Shown here: positions 44,936 through 57,432 of the stretch, piece by piece | Layout: the number at the start of each line of letters is the position of its first letter | Numbering within the stretch: the stretch's first letter is position 1 | Source: Zancudomyces culisetae HAW-14-8 | Lineage: Eukaryota > Fungi > Kickxellomycota | Assembly: GCA_052426225.1 (NCBI GenBank) | Contig: JBNJNM010000008.1 | Location: 1 to 64,000, forward strand | DNA: 64,000 bases | Direction: 5' to 3' | Program-made: the position numbers and the translations under genes | The notes under the pieces: model-generated | Database searches by the model: none | Told to the model about the DNA's origin: nothing | The model's input: only the letters and a program-made list of their open reading frames with translations

Positions 44936-47777
44936 GGGGCAGACTGAAGCTCTTCCAGGAGGCATGGAAGAAGCTTACCGATCACCAGTGGGTACTCCAG
45001 GTGATCAAGGAAGGGTTTCGTATCCCCTTCAATGCGCATCCTCCCACGGTCAAGCAGCCAAAGCCGTACGTGAAGGACTTAAAGAAACTTCCGGAAAAGG
45101 TCGTCGAGCAGGAGATTACAAGTCTCCTCTCCAAAAAAGCTATAGAGGAAGTTTCAGCAGCGCAGCCAGGATTCTTCTCAAGGACATTCACCGTCCCAAA
45201 GAAGAATGGAGGAACACGGATGGTCCTCAACCTGAGACCTTTAAACCAGTACATCCCCGAGCAGCATTTCAAGATGGAATCACTCAACACCATCTCACGA
45301 ATGTTGCGAAAGGGCGACTGGATGACAAGCATCGATCTCAGCGATGCTTTCTTGCACGTGCTCATCAACAAGGCGTCAAGAAAATATCTCAGGTTCACGT
45401 GGGGCCATCGCATCTACCAGTACAGGGTACTGCCATTTGGTCTGTCCTTAAGCCCGCTAGTATTCAACAAAATACTAAAGCCAGTTCTCAAGTGGGCCAG
45501 AGCTCGAGGGATCCGAATCTCGAGCTACTTGGACGATTTGCTGGTCTTGGGATCAACCAAAAGCGAGTGTACCAAGTACACTGCGATGGTTGCAAACAAG
45601 CTAGCCAAGCTAGGATTCATTATAAACAACGAGAAGTCGTCAATGAACCCCAAGCAGTCAATCAGCCATTTGGGTATGGACATCAACACCCGCCAAATGA
45701 GCTTCAGGATTCCCAAGCAGAAACTCAGGGATCTTACGCGAGAGGCCTCCAAACTGATCAGGAATGGGAAGACGACGCTGAGATGCTTAGCATCTTTCAT
45801 TGGCAAGACACAGGCAGTGAACATCGCTCTCCGTCCAGGCAGACTCATGAGCAGGAGGCTTTTGGAGCTCAAGAATGCCACCCTGCGGACCACGCGGGAT
45901 TGGAGCACAGAAGTATCTTTGGATCAACCAGCTCTAGACAACCTGATCTGGTGGAGAGATCATCTGAAGGAATGGAACGGCCTGAGCTTCCTCCCAGAGA
46001 TTCCGGAAGTGGAAGTCTACACAGACGCGAGCGACTTCCATTGGGGGATAGTTATTGGTCAGAGCCAGTACTCAGGAATATGGACCAAAGCACAGTCCAA
46101 GCTCCCGATCAACGCCAAGGAGCTACTAGCCATATACAAGGCTATCAAGATGCCCCAGGTAAAGGGCAGGAGTGTGGTTGTATACTGCGACAACAACACC
46201 TCCATCAGCTATGTCAAGAAACAGGGAGGGACCAGATCACCCAACCTGCTAGACATATCGGAACTGATGTGGAAACACTGCATCAGCAACGGGACCAGGG
46301 TACAGATCCAGTACGTACCATCCATTGTGAATCCGGCAGACGCCCCATCCCGGCTTACTTTGCAGACCGAATGGTCGATATCGGAAAGAGTGTTTCAAAG
46401 GATTCAAAAATACTTTGGTCCTCACGATATCGACATGTTTGCGAGCAGCACCAATCACAAACTGAACACATTTGTGAGTTGGAAATACTGCCCCCAAGCA
46501 GTCAGGATCAACGCCTTCAACCACAGTTGGACAGTGTGGAAGAATCCATACATGTGTCCACCGTGGAATCTGATCCAGCGTACCATCCAGAAGATCCGTC
46601 AGGAGAGAATCACGGCGACTCTGATCACGCCGTTCTGGAGATCAGCCCCGTGGTATCCGGACCTGAAGAGCCTGTCAATTGCACCGCCAATCAAGATTCA
46701 TCCGTCAGCAGTTATCCCAGACCCGAGAAGCGGAAAAGCAGCGACAATGCGCAACAAGACATGGTCACTTACGGCTTGGCGGTTAAGCGCGCAAGGTATC
46801 AGGAAGCAGGATTAGATGACCAGGTCATCAATTTGATGCTCGACAACACTCGAGTTAAGACCAAGCAGAAGAAATATCTGAGCCCGAAGACCAAGTTCCT
46901 ACAGTGGCTTTCTACATCTTCAATCTCCATAGAAAACGTAACAGTCGTTGACGTTATCAACTATCTGGAGCAGCAGCGGAAAGCGCTAAACTGGAGACTC
47001 GGAACAGTCAAGAACTACAAGTCCGCCATTCTTGACATAACCAGTGATTGGGCTTCTTTCAGTGACGATCCACTAATGAAAGAGTATCTCAAACAACTAT
47101 CTTCATCAAACGTCAGATCCTTTGACAATCCGCTTTACGACATCGGTCCAATCATTGACCACATCAGGAAACTTGGGCCTAACTCCAGAATGTCAAAGTA
47201 TGACTTGACAGCAAAACTATGCTGGCTCATAGCCATCTGTGGCTTTCTCAGGCCAAGCGACATTGAGAGGATTGACGACAGCAAGACGTCAGTGACAAGA
47301 GAATACATCAAGTTTATTATTGTTGGACCAAAGGAGAAACGCAATGGAACTCCAATTGAAAAAGTTTCTATAATCCATGCACACTCTGACAAAAAATTAT
47401 GTCCGGTTGAAACTTATCAGGTTTACAAAAAGCGGATTGCGGTTACACCTTGCGTAAAACCACATCCTTTGCTCGACGGAAACTCAATATCCTATCTCAT
47501 CAGGAGTCTCAAGGACCACAGTACTAACATTGGAGCACAGCGTATCAGCAAGCACATTAACAAACTTATGTCGCTTATACCATTACCGCCAAACGCTAAA
47601 GTACCAAAAGCAAGAGCACTTGGATCAACTCGTGCTACTTCATCAGGTGCAACATATGATGATGTTATTACCCAAGGATTTTGGGCAAGCAGAGGAATAT
47701 TTGATACATACTATCAGTTATCACGTAGAACAAGAGAAAATTTGACTCTACACGTATTAAACTCTGAAGCAACATAA
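44106..47777 (+). CDS. DIRS tyrosine recombinase ORF, copy 2
   Basis: Same protein as 27042-30713. Confidence 0.9.
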   Translation: MQTFRKKCFRKSSTDLLFWRNQVHSNRQHQSQSQWIWIRQFLISQKGHSPPTWSFTKSSKKLFQPLRKTSSSPLCPTSIGRSFLPPSPETPPWTMTLPRSMSSCPALPNAPTPPCMMRSTGYRQSPGRLTSLCMSAFRVAAKCQSPRLLSLPTQSGFSWLMRQRTSASAESIRHTEMRVLKPTHRNSIQKPRSPLSTQARLSKQRPASKRPRGHSRATSHAGPDTPVREHFQASWECSKASNHRSKSHSRSRSRGSPVSMLLRIIFGVAAASDPESRGQTEALPGGMEEAYRSPVGTPGDQGRVSYPLQCASSHGQAAKAVREGLKETSGKGRRAGDYKSPLQKSYRGSFSSAARILLKDIHRPKEEWRNTDGPQPETFKPVHPRAAFQDGITQHHLTNVAKGRLDDKHRSQRCFLARAHQQGVKKISQVHVGPSHLPVQGTAIWSVLKPASIQQNTKASSQVGQSSRDPNLELLGRFAGLGINQKRVYQVHCDGCKQASQARIHYKQREVVNEPQAVNQPFGYGHQHPPNELQDSQAETQGSYARGLQTDQEWEDDAEMLSIFHWQDTGSEHRSPSRQTHEQEAFGAQECHPADHAGLEHRSIFGSTSSRQPDLVERSSEGMERPELPPRDSGSGSLHRRERLPLGDSYWSEPVLRNMDQSTVQAPDQRQGATSHIQGYQDAPGKGQECGCILRQQHLHQLCQETGRDQITQPARHIGTDVETLHQQRDQGTDPVRTIHCESGRRPIPAYFADRMVDIGKSVSKDSKILWSSRYRHVCEQHQSQTEHICELEILPPSSQDQRLQPQLDSVEESIHVSTVESDPAYHPEDPSGENHGDSDHAVLEISPVVSGPEEPVNCTANQDSSVSSYPRPEKRKSSDNAQQDMVTYGLAVKRARYQEAGLDDQVINLMLDNTRVKTKQKKYLSPKTKFLQWLSTSSISIENVTVVDVINYLEQQRKALNWRLGTVKNYKSAILDITSDWASFSDDPLMKEYLKQLSSSNVRSFDNPLYDIGPIIDHIRKLGPNSRMSKYDLTAKLCWLIAICGFLRPSDIERIDDSKTSVTREYIKFIIVGPKEKRNGTPIEKVSIIHAHSDKKLCPVETYQVYKKRIAVTPCVKPHPLLDGNSISYLIRSLKDHSTNIGAQRISKHINKLMSLIPLPPNAKVPKARALGSTRATSSGATYDDVITQGFWASRGIFDTYYQLSRRTRENLTLHVLNSEAT
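44932..46815 (+). CDS. pol: DIRS RT/RH/MT ORF, copy 2
   Basis: Same protein as 27868-29751. Confidence 0.96.
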   Translation, partial: VGGRLKLFQEAWKKLTDHQWVLQVIKEGFRIPFNAHPPTVKQPKPYVKDLKKLPEKVVEQEITSLLSKKAIEEVSAAQPGFFSRTFTVPKKNGGTRMVLNLRPLNQYIPEQHFKMESLNTISRMLRKGDWMTSIDLSDAFLHVLINKASRKYLRFTWGHRIYQYRVLPFGLSLSPLVFNKILKPVLKWARARGIRISSYLDDLLVLGSTKSECTKYTAMVANKLAKLGFIINNEKSSMNPKQSISHLGMDINTRQMSFRIPKQKLRDLTREASKLIRNGKTTLRCLASFIGKTQAVNIALRPGRLMSRRLLELKNATLRTTRDWSTEVSLDQPALDNLIWWRDHLKEWNGLSFLPEIPEVEVYTDASDFHWGIVIGQSQYSGIWTKAQSKLPINAKELLAIYKAIKMPQVKGRSVVVYCDNNTSISYVKKQGGTRSPNLLDISELMWKHCISNGTRVQIQYVPSIVNPADAPSRLTLQTEWSISERVFQRIQKYFGPHDIDMFASSTNHKLNTFVSWKYCPQAVRINAFNHSWTVWKNPYMCPPWNLIQRTIQKIRQERITATLITPFWRSAPWYPDLKSLSIAPPIKIHPSAVIPDPRSGKAATMRNKTWSLTAWRLSAQGIRKQD

Positions 47778-49075
47778 TTGTATCTGGCCAATGAAGCATA
47801 ATAATATGTTTAGTTGAATATAATGAAAACTTATTATTATTATGCGAATGCCAGATACAATTATGTCCCACCCAGTCCCGCCCTAACCTAGCTCAACCGA
47901 TGGTAAGGAACTCAAGAAAACTGGAAAAACAGACGGTTTATATACTTTTATTTTCATTTTGTTTTTGTTTTAAGAAAATTTTTTCATACTTTTAACCCCT
48001 ACATTTTCAAAGAAATTTTAGTACTGAATTCGAACTCTCTAGAATATTCTTGAGTTTTCAATTTCAGATTACGAAATTTCGAACATATTGGAACATTTGA
48101 AAAATTTTTTGGGGTTAAAGTATTTAGTATCTAGGAAAGATTTCGAAATTAAATAAAGATTTGGTAACACACATAATTGTATCTGGCATTCGCATAATAA
48201 TAATAAGTTTTCATTATATTCAACTAAACATATTATTACCAATCTAATAATTAAACTCAATGAATGCCTCTTGTCGGGAAGTATCGAAATAAGGAGTACT
48301 ATTCCTTGAAATTGCAGGGACGGATCATTTTGTCGGTTTTACATCTTTTTCAAGGACGTATAATAGTTTATGGGTCTAATTTCTCCTTTTAATGGGAATT
48401 TTGTGGAATAGTGTTATTTTTAGATGAATTAAAATATCGCTTTAGATAAACCTTCTCAAGTAGTAAATCGATTTTGAATGTGTTATTTTTATTATTTTTA
48501 TTACATAACCGCTTTTACTTGCTGGAATTAAACGCACTTAAATTATCGGAACAGAATTAGTGTTGATTAGATAATAATTACGCAAATTTTTTCAATCTAC
48601 CAGTTACAATAAGGGCACAATTCATGAGCAGAAAAAATTGCTCTACTACCTTATAAGATTACTAGTTCTAGTATACCACTACATTGTAAGCGAGGCTAGC
48701 AAATATAGAAAAGTTGTCAAAGATTAAAATTAGAAAGTATGAATTACATAACACCTAAACTATCATTTTTTAGTACACTTTCATTAGCCTAATGCTTTGA
48801 AACCAAGATGCTTTCGACTTTCTAAAAATAGAACATTTTTTAAAATATATTGGAAACACTAAAATTGGTCACCTTACGCAGTTTCAAGAGTAGTATAGAT
48901 GTAACAGAGAGAAAAAAAAAAGTATAAAATGTTCAGAATATCGTTGAAACAAGATGTACATCAACAATTGAAGTTTCTTTATACAACACAAAAAGACATA
49001 TTATAGTCATCATCATTTTCATACTGCATCAGCGCATTAGCTTGTCACAATTTTATTTAAATTCGAGTATCAAAT

Positions 49076-49435
49076 ATGGTAAAGTCAACACTAGCACTTC
49101 TCGCGGCCGTAGTTTCTACGTTTCCAGTAAATGCTAAATTCCAAACCCTGCATGCCAAAATATTTTCAGGATATCGATTTTCTGGTGCTGTCGTGGATGA
49201 ACTCCAGATGGTAAAACATCAATGTTATAACATTAACCCTGGCAGATCGGGGCAATACCTTAACCCCACTGATAGATCAGGAGCACTACTGATGTGTAGG
49301 GAAAGAAATTGTCAGGGTGTATGTACGGCAAACACCGATTTTATAAGAACAGGTAATTGGGACTTCTATCTTGATGTCGGTACAAGCGTTCTTTCTATGA
49401 AATGGATAGCATTCGGTCTTGCCGCCAACGAATAA
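49076..49435 (+). CDS. Crystallin-like secreted paralogue B, copy 2
   Basis: Same protein as 32012-32371. Confidence 0.88.
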   Translation: MVKSTLALLAAVVSTFPVNAKFQTLHAKIFSGYRFSGAVVDELQMVKHQCYNINPGRSGQYLNPTDRSGALLMCRERNCQGVCTANTDFIRTGNWDFYLDVGTSVLSMKWIAFGLAANE

Positions 49436-49724
49436 ATTGTTACTTTAGAGCATAGTTTAGTTGGTAGTAAATTTGTTTTTATTTAATTTGAACGTATACT
49501 TGAATAAAGTTACAATTCTATTATCAAAATGATTAGCATATTAACTTTAATATAGTTAAAAAAGTGACACAAACACACAAAGATGAATTTCACTTTGCCA
49601 TAAATTTACTAAATATCACAAAGATTAGTAGGTAAAAAACTCCAAATAATATCTACTAAGCATTTCTTACTCGACTTTCTCAAAGATTCTATACCTACTG
49701 GTAGTTTGTTCAAAGAGGTTATTC

Positions 49725-50138
49725 TAATATATTTAGTTGAATGCATTGAAAACTTATTATTATTAAACAAAACACCAGATATAATTATGTTTACTTAATC
49801 TTTATATAATTTTGAAATCTTTCCTAGATCATAAATATTTTGACTCGAAAAAATTTCCAAGTGTTAGCGATTTAGTATCTGACTGTGATCACTAAATTTA
49901 TTTAGTAATTTCTAACACGATAATAAAATTATTTTTGAAAATGAAGGGTTAAAAGTATGTAAATGGTTTTTCTTAATAAAAACAAAAGTGAAAGTAAAAG
50001 TATATTACCGATTATTTTTCTACTTTCTTGATTCCTTACATTTATTTGTGTGCTAGATTGGGCAGAACTGGGTGAAACATAATCTTATCTGGATATTCGC
50101 AAAATAAATATAATTTTCATTTCAAACTAAACATATTA
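49725..50138 (-). mobile_element. Degenerate DIRS right-end remnant, copy 2
   Basis: Duplicate of 32661-33074. Confidence 0.8.
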
Positions 50139-50603
50139 GACTATTAATCTAGAATTTTTATTCTCGGCCAAGTCGTTTAGTATTAACCCTCAACTTTATG
50201 CGTTTAATTAGCCTGATTTCGGGCCTTTTCTTTATCGTTTCAGTTTTTATAGCTTTTTTTTATTTAATAGATAATTTTTGGTTTTCACATCTTTATACCG
50301 ATAATAAGCTAATTACTAGCGTTTATAAAATCTGGCATTTTGTAAAATATATAAACTGAAGACTGACATACATTTTGTTACACTTTCATTATATTATTAA
50401 TAAGAAATTTTGACGAAATTTGACAAAAGAATTTGGTGTAAAGTCAATTTATCTCTTTTCACACATAATCTATTTATTTATACTATATGTTTGGTATGTT
50501 TATTCATAAAAAAGTTTAAAAATAACAATAAAAGTTTCCTAAATCTGCTTTAAATCTTTAACCTTTAAGTATGTTTAAATTATGATCAAGTTGGGAAATG
50601 AAA

Positions 50604-51056
50604 TCAAATCCATTTGTAGGTTTGAATCGCATTATTGTACGGAGTAATCCAAAAATAAGATACCGCATAGACTTGACCAGTATAAAACCACGAATCATAA
50701 ATCTCATTTCCACTACTCATAATATGAACATAACAGCTGCCACTACAGTTATATTCTCTACAGACCATAAAGGCACCTCTATTCTCATTCACACCAACCA
50801 TTTTAACAGATGAAAAATTACTCTCATTGTAGCATGTGTTTGGTTTGACATTAAAGGTACCTTTTAGGGCTTTGAAACCACCACCAACAAATAACTGAAC
50901 TGCCATATTATCACGCCTAAAGTTTTTTTTGACAAGATTGGTTTGTAAAATTTGATCCTCATAGGCTGTTTGTAAGGTGTGGTTATTTGCACTTTGCGGC
51001 AAAGCTAAATAAAGTATACCAATGCTGAATATATTGAGAATTACTGACTTGATCAT
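50604..51056 (-). CDS. Crystallin-like secreted paralogue C, copy 2
   Basis: Same protein as 33540-33992. Confidence 0.85.
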   Translation of the reverse strand: MIKSVILNIFSIGILYLALPQSANNHTLQTAYEDQILQTNLVKKNFRRDNMAVQLFVGGGFKALKGTFNVKPNTCYNESNFSSVKMVGVNENRGAFMVCREYNCSGSCYVHIMSSGNEIYDSWFYTGQVYAVSYFWITPYNNAIQTYKWI

Positions 51057-51543
51057 TTTGGCTTTTTTTTTTTCGATGCTATTATGAATTGTTGATTATA
51101 ATTCGGTTTTGATTTACCTTCTTCCGACTTGAAAAAAAGTTCTCTTTTTATAATTTTCACAAACAAAGGGATGTACCTCCAACCATAATAATTTTTTACA
51201 CTTTTGAGTATTGTAGTATTTTGCTTCGCTATTCTAGATACAATTAGTTTATGAACTACTCCCCAATATTAATCAGATGTGGTTATTGATTACCGTTTTA
51301 GTTGAGATATTTGATATCATGAAGTCAGGTATATTTTTCTTCGATATAGAAAGTAAATATTTAGTGCTCTTTACATAGATGTGTAAATAATGGTTAACAT
51401 TTGTTATAAATCTTTATAAATAAACTAACCAATTCAATGTGGTGTCGTCTGTCTAATAATCTGAATGCCAATCATTTGTGCTAGCTGTGTAGAATATTGG
51501 GTGTGACTCCATTATATATTGACGCTCGCATAATAATATTAAG

Positions 51544-52297
51544 TTTCTGTTCTGTCGGGTGAGGTTGGGGACAGCCTCATCCTTTGACGGGTTCTTTAGT
51601 TGCAAAAATACATGATCCATAATTCAGCAAATGGGACACGTGATATTTCGGGAGCCACTTCTATGGAAGTGGCTCCCGAACGGTCACTATCAGATGAGTA
51701 TCTGCCCTCATCTCTTTCTGACTGGATCCATCTGGGTCTAAATTTACTCATGAAGCCTGACATGTGTTAGTTGTGAGATTTTAATAGCTATTCTTGTTTT
51801 TTTTTAAACTAGTATTTATGATTAGCCGTAGCACTATTCCTAAATAACTTGTGTTCACAGTTACTACTTATATATCTTAACATTCTGTCTTCTTAAAACT
51901 GTTATAAGAGCTAAGGAATCTTTAATGAGTCTACTTTTGTTTATATATACTATTTCGACAAAACCACTAATAGCTATATATAATTATCCTATGTTTCATT
52001 CTTGTTTTACTGTTTTTTTACTTGTAGTTATGTTCTTACATTCGTTATCATATTCAGTTTGTTCTTATCTTTGTGGTTGATTTACTAACTAATAATCTTT
52101 TTAGTTGTATTTTTCATTTTTCATTTTTCATTTTTCATTTTATAATTTTTATGTTATTGTTTGAAGTTTTTGGATTGGATTAGTAATTGTAGTTGTAGTT
52201 GTGATAACAATGTAATTATTTTTTTTATGTTTAAGTAGTAAATAAATTATTTATTTGAAGTTTTTGAATCCCGATCTACACCGGAACACACACGACA
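51544..52297 (-). mobile_element. Unclassified repeat remnant a, copy 2
   Basis: Duplicate of 34480-35233. Confidence 0.55.
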
Positions 52298-52396
52298 GAA
52301 CAGAAAAATAATGCAATTGTTTATAAATAGAAAATGACAATTTGTATTATTCCTAACACTAGTTATACCAGAGTTGTACTAATCAGTTTCAAAAAA

Positions 52397-52936
52397 TCAA
52401 CAGAACACTGATTTTTCTTTTGAAAAAGGTCCATCCCACCCTAATCCACAATTGTTCCAATGGCAGTATCTTTCATATGCAAGTGCATCCCATTTTTGGT
52501 CTACACAGATTTTGGTTCTCAAGCGTGTTTGCATTCCGTTGCAGTCACTCACAGTATCGAGTTCAACACATCTCATATAGGTTCTAGCCAAAACTTTTAC
52601 TGTAACACCAGCCTTGACCCAAGTACATATAGATTCGCCTGTTCTCAGATTTGAATCAACATTAAAGCCAATATACTGACTGATTACACTATTAGGCAAA
52701 TCGTGTCCTGAGTATTTTATTTGATTTCTGTCAAAGTCCTTGTATGAGAATGACCAGTACTTGAACCAGTCTCCCGCATTCATAGGTATTTCACCGCTCA
52801 GATCTCTCCAATATGTATGTTCCGTACAAGGGTATGCGTTGGTGACTGTAACCTTACATGCTAGGTCTTTCTGAAAATCTGAGGATGCTAAGCAGAATTG
52901 CAATAACGCAACCAAAATCAATAGCTTTTTAAACAT
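52397..52936 (-). CDS. Secreted Cys-rich 179-aa protein, copy 2
   Basis: Same protein as 35333-35872. Confidence 0.82.
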   Translation of the reverse strand: MFKKLLILVALLQFCLASSDFQKDLACKVTVTNAYPCTEHTYWRDLSGEIPMNAGDWFKYWSFSYKDFDRNQIKYSGHDLPNSVISQYIGFNVDSNLRTGESICTWVKAGVTVKVLARTYMRCVELDTVSDCNGMQTRLRTKICVDQKWDALAYERYCHWNNCGLGWDGPFSKEKSVFC

Positions 52937-54207
52937 GATAGAATGAGTTTAGAGTCTATAATCAAAGATATTTTAAAATAGTTAAACGATCTATATATTT
53001 TAACTACGGTAAAGGTTTCAATGTATTTTGGTTTTTAATAAAGAAAAAGTTGGAACATTTATACAAACAAAGCAAACTATTAAGAATATAACAAGAATCA
53101 TTTTACTATTATATACAATACTGAATAGAATAATACATCGGATCAACATAGCTACTAATATTCTAAAGTAGTTATCAATCTATAAATAGACTCAAACAGT
53201 AAACCCTTGATAATATAATTTTGCTATTAGTAACACCTACGGGACCAAAATAACTACATGAACATAAAAATAAAGTTCATTGTGCTAGAGAGTTTCATAG
53301 TAGTTGCTTCGTGGTTTAATAATACATTATACAAAATAGGCGTTTATTTTATTCTACATTACAAACACAATGGGTATGTGATATAAGCAGTGACTAATCC
53401 TTGTCGAAAAAAATTGAAATAATGGCTAGTGGAATTGGAATGTTTACAGGACCGGGTAGTTTTGTCTATTTTACCTCTTTTCCAGGTGCACCCCCAATAT
53501 TAGTTAATGTTTTTCCATTTAAGGCAGTATTATAAATATCAATATTATTTTTAGAAATGACACTATTATCTAAATCAGAGTTTTTTTTGAAAATACCGAT
53601 ACCATCAATGAGATATTTTACTCTCGTTTTCATTACTTAAATTATTTCTTATTATGGAAAGATATTTTAAACGAATTAGATACAAAATCTGAAATCTAAA
53701 GTATTTACATAGAATTAGGTAACATTATAAATCAATCAATCTACCAATGAAATAATACTAAACGCAACAATCTTTGTCTTTTATTTGCTAGTACTACAAC
53801 GCTGGTACCTAAGTAAGTGTATTTAGAAAAATCCGATATACCATATTTAGGTTAAAAATAGTATTGTATATTACTAACTGTAATTATATCGATTATTATT
53901 ATAACCTAAATATACTAAAGTTAGAGCAATAAATACTCGTTTATACCGTTCTAAAATTAGAATCTTCCACTATCTCTTTAAAGATGACATAGGATATCCG
54001 TTAAATGTGTTTAAAGAGTAAAGCAGATTACAAACAAGAAAAAATAAAAGTATAAAATGGGTCAAGATATCACTGTCAAAATAAAAAATCATCAACAGTT
54101 GAATATTCTTCAAGTGACAATTTTAAGCATAATCATAATCATTTGTATTAAAATATTGCATTAGCAATCAGCTACAAACAACGCTCATTTTAAACTAGAT
54201 ATCAAAA

Positions 54208-54627
54208 ATGGTAAAATCAACACTCGCACTCTTCACTGCTGCAGTTGCCACAGTATCAGTAAATGCTGCATCCGCTCCAAGACCAAGAGCAAATGTCGGA
54301 CCTATGCAACCACCTATGGAACAGGTCCAGGACTTTGGAAGATATGCTCCACCATCTCGCCCTGCCTTTAACAACCGCTTTGCCGCTCCAGCCTACCGCA
54401 AGCGTGCTGACGAGGAGGAGGAAGTTGCACCAGCTGACGACGATTCTGCTCAAACTGTTGATCCTTCAGCAGAAGGTGGTGATGCAGGAAATGGAACCGA
54501 TGATCGTTGGTGGTATGGATACTATGGATACCCATACTATGGCGGATACTACGGATATCCATCGTATGGCTACGGTTACGGTTACAGCTACCCATACTAC
54601 GGTGGATACTCTGGATACTACTACTAG
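54208..54627 (+). CDS. Tyr/Gly-rich peptide precursor, copy 2
   Basis: Same protein as 37144-37563. Confidence 0.9.
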   Translation: MVKSTLALFTAAVATVSVNAASAPRPRANVGPMQPPMEQVQDFGRYAPPSRPAFNNRFAAPAYRKRADEEEEVAPADDDSAQTVDPSAEGGDAGNGTDDRWWYGYYGYPYYGGYYGYPSYGYGYGYSYPYYGGYSGYYY

Positions 54628-55255
54628 GTTGGTTTTTCTAGAGTGTTGATATTTTTTCTTTCATCGTACCTGACCCTACAGTGATTTTAATGCATTTTTA
54701 TAAACCCCTAGTTTTTATGTTTAACCAATAAAGGGATTTACTAAATTAAACAATTAAAATTAAACAACAAATATGTTAGCAACAAACTTTATTATAAATT
54801 AAATCTCTTTTTTATTAAAAGCTAACTATACAAATTATTGCCTGGAATAGCCAAAAATTGATGAGATTTATGAGTTCTCAAAGAGAGAAAAAACCTATTG
54901 AGCGAATTTTTGTTTTAAATGCTTTTCCTTGTAGTACAATTATAGTCTTTTTATGTTTATATTATTTATGATTCTCTTTAAGTGTGATTTTACGATATCG
55001 AGTTGACTCTTTGAGATAATAAGCTAAAAATTCGAAAAGATAAAACAAATTCTACCTTTACCAGTTAAATTGGCACTAGTCAGAAATTAACCCTTTAAAC
55101 AGCCTTTTTTAATCTATGAATGTTTTGCATTTGAGTGAATTTTTAATTGTCACTTTATTAGAGAGCAAGTTTACAAAGTCTAGAATTAATTATTCCTACT
55201 TGTTAAACTTTTTTCTAAAGCAAGAATCTATTATGAAGCAAAACAATCTAGAATT

Positions 55256-55651
55256 TTATTCGTTTGGGACTTTTCCTGTTGATACCCATCTGATAGAAAG
55301 GGGGCCTGACTTGAGATCTTGAGGGAAATTCCACACACCCTGCGTTATAAAATCGGTGTTTACTGTGCATACACCGCTACAGTTTCTTTCTCTGCACATC
55401 AATAATCCTCCTGATTTATCAGTGGGATTAAGAAACCTTCCTGAGCCACCCTGCTTAATGTTATAGCATTTATGCTTTCTCATCTGGAAATTGTTTATTA
55501 CACTTCCAGAATGGTCAATTGCTGAATATATTGTAGCTTGCAAGGTTGGTCGAGAGGACCCATGATGGCGATGACGGCAATGGCCTGATACTAGCAGGGT
55601 TTGAGTAGCTGACAGAAGCTGGATAGCCAATGTATAACTTAAAATGCGCAT
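55256..55651 (-). CDS. Crystallin-like secreted paralogue D, copy 2
   Basis: Same protein as 38192-38587. Confidence 0.88.
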   Translation of the reverse strand: MRILSYTLAIQLLSATQTLLVSGHCRHRHHGSSRPTLQATIYSAIDHSGSVINNFQMRKHKCYNIKQGGSGRFLNPTDKSGGLLMCRERNCSGVCTVNTDFITQGVWNFPQDLKSGPLSIRWVSTGKVPNE

Positions 55652-57432
55652 TTTTAGAGATTTTCTTTTTCTGTAATAAACTTTGTGGCTATTTTAGTCT
55701 AGTTATGTCTATTTTAGCTGAGTTTGCAGTTTCAAATTAGGGCTTTATCTATCACTATTTATACATTTTAAAGAACTAAACATTTGTAATTCTAGTAAAG
55801 TAATACTTTTAGTAGACTTGTCTATACAGTATATCTTATTTGTAACAGGTGTGCTGATCAAAAGCATGTAGATCAAATACTAGGCAAAATTATTATAGAT
55901 CGTACAATATATTGTAAGTTCAAACTTCTAGGTATATTTTATTTAACAATTAAAAAGATATAGATTAACTATTAGCGAAAAAGTAAATAGACTATTGAAA
56001 AAGGAATATAAAAAATTAAAAATCTAGAAATAAAGTAGAAGAATAGTAAAATACTTCTTATCACCTCCGGTATCAGCAGAATATTTCCACTAGAGTGCAA
56101 TAAGTCGTAGACTATAAACGAAGATTTAATTTACATTTTGAAATTTTGAATGGGTGTTTGGAATAGATATTCCCGAATATTCCATCATTTTTCATATCTG
56201 AGCCATAATTTTAGTTTTAGGTAACTAAATAGTCTATTGGTTTATTTCAATATTAATACCAGCTAGACATGTCTGATAAAATAATGAACTAATAGATTCT
56301 AGATGTACGAAAATCAATTAATCTAGTTATAGTATAACGAAAACTTCTAGACAGGTTGAGCAGCACAAAGGTATCATCTTTAGATTTGCAATATATTAAA
56401 ATTTTGCATCCGTATATCTCTTGGTATAATTTTTGAATATCGCCAATTTCTGACTAGAAGGATAAGCTCTTGATATTATTTTAAAGCTTTCTAGAGTTAA
56501 AATGATGAACAGGAATGTTCTAGTACAAAGTAATAACTCCGTTTACAATATTGTTGTAGTTGAAAGTATATATACTTATAGAGTATAATTATAGTTTGTT
56601 TGAATATTAATTATAGTGGACAGGGCTTCTAGTGCATTTCAAGTAGATTCGATAAATATACTCTTACGAATAGTGTATTTGATTTGACAAAATTCAAACC
56701 GAAGCTAAAAATTGAGCTTTATTAGTGAACACTGATAAAAAATAAATGTTTTAAATACCTAAAACTGTTTTGTATTAGCCAAGCTTAACTATAATTTGGT
56801 CAACCAAACCATTTAACACACCAACGCAACTAGAATGTTCTAGATATTTTTGACTAGAGATAAAATTTAATTAACGAAAATACCATATTATGTTACACTT
56901 TCAAATTCTACTTCTGTTTGTTTAGTGTATTTTTACATCGTCAAGTGAATATAGGTATGTTTTTATTGTTATACTATACCTAAATTTAAAAACAAGTAGT
57001 GTAAATACTCTACTTTTCAGCTTATTGAAGAGATAGAATACATATTAAAGTGCAAGAAATAAAAAATTTGGTTTAGGTTTGAATTTTTAGTGAAACGACA
57101 CTAGCGCGAGTAAAATTATGTAGCCTACATAATAATTCAGATCTAGGCAAGATAAATACGAATTTATTAAATATTAAAGTTGAGTTTCTCTGATATCAGT
57201 AATTTAATTTAGGTTTATTACTTTCTACTATTTGAGTGTGAGATCCACTATTTAATTAAAATTATTTTATACTAAGTGCAACATCCCAAAACCAAGTAAA
57301 ACAGCACCAGAGTACACCGATATAGTGTTTTCATATCAACCTATATCAGAATCATCAAAAAGGCATGTCAATATTTTAATTTGAATATGAAAACAACAGA
57401 TAGACAAAGTGAATATACTAAATAAAATAAAA

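Larger units (their letters stand above)
43729..48238 (+). mobile_element. DIRS1-type element, copy 2
   Basis: Duplicate of 26665-31174 with the same flanks, so copied by segmental duplication; ICR at 47772-47866. Confidence 0.97.

Noticed and set aside
43729-48238. Second DIRS as an independent transposition
   Set aside because: Same flanks at exactly +17064; copied with the segment.
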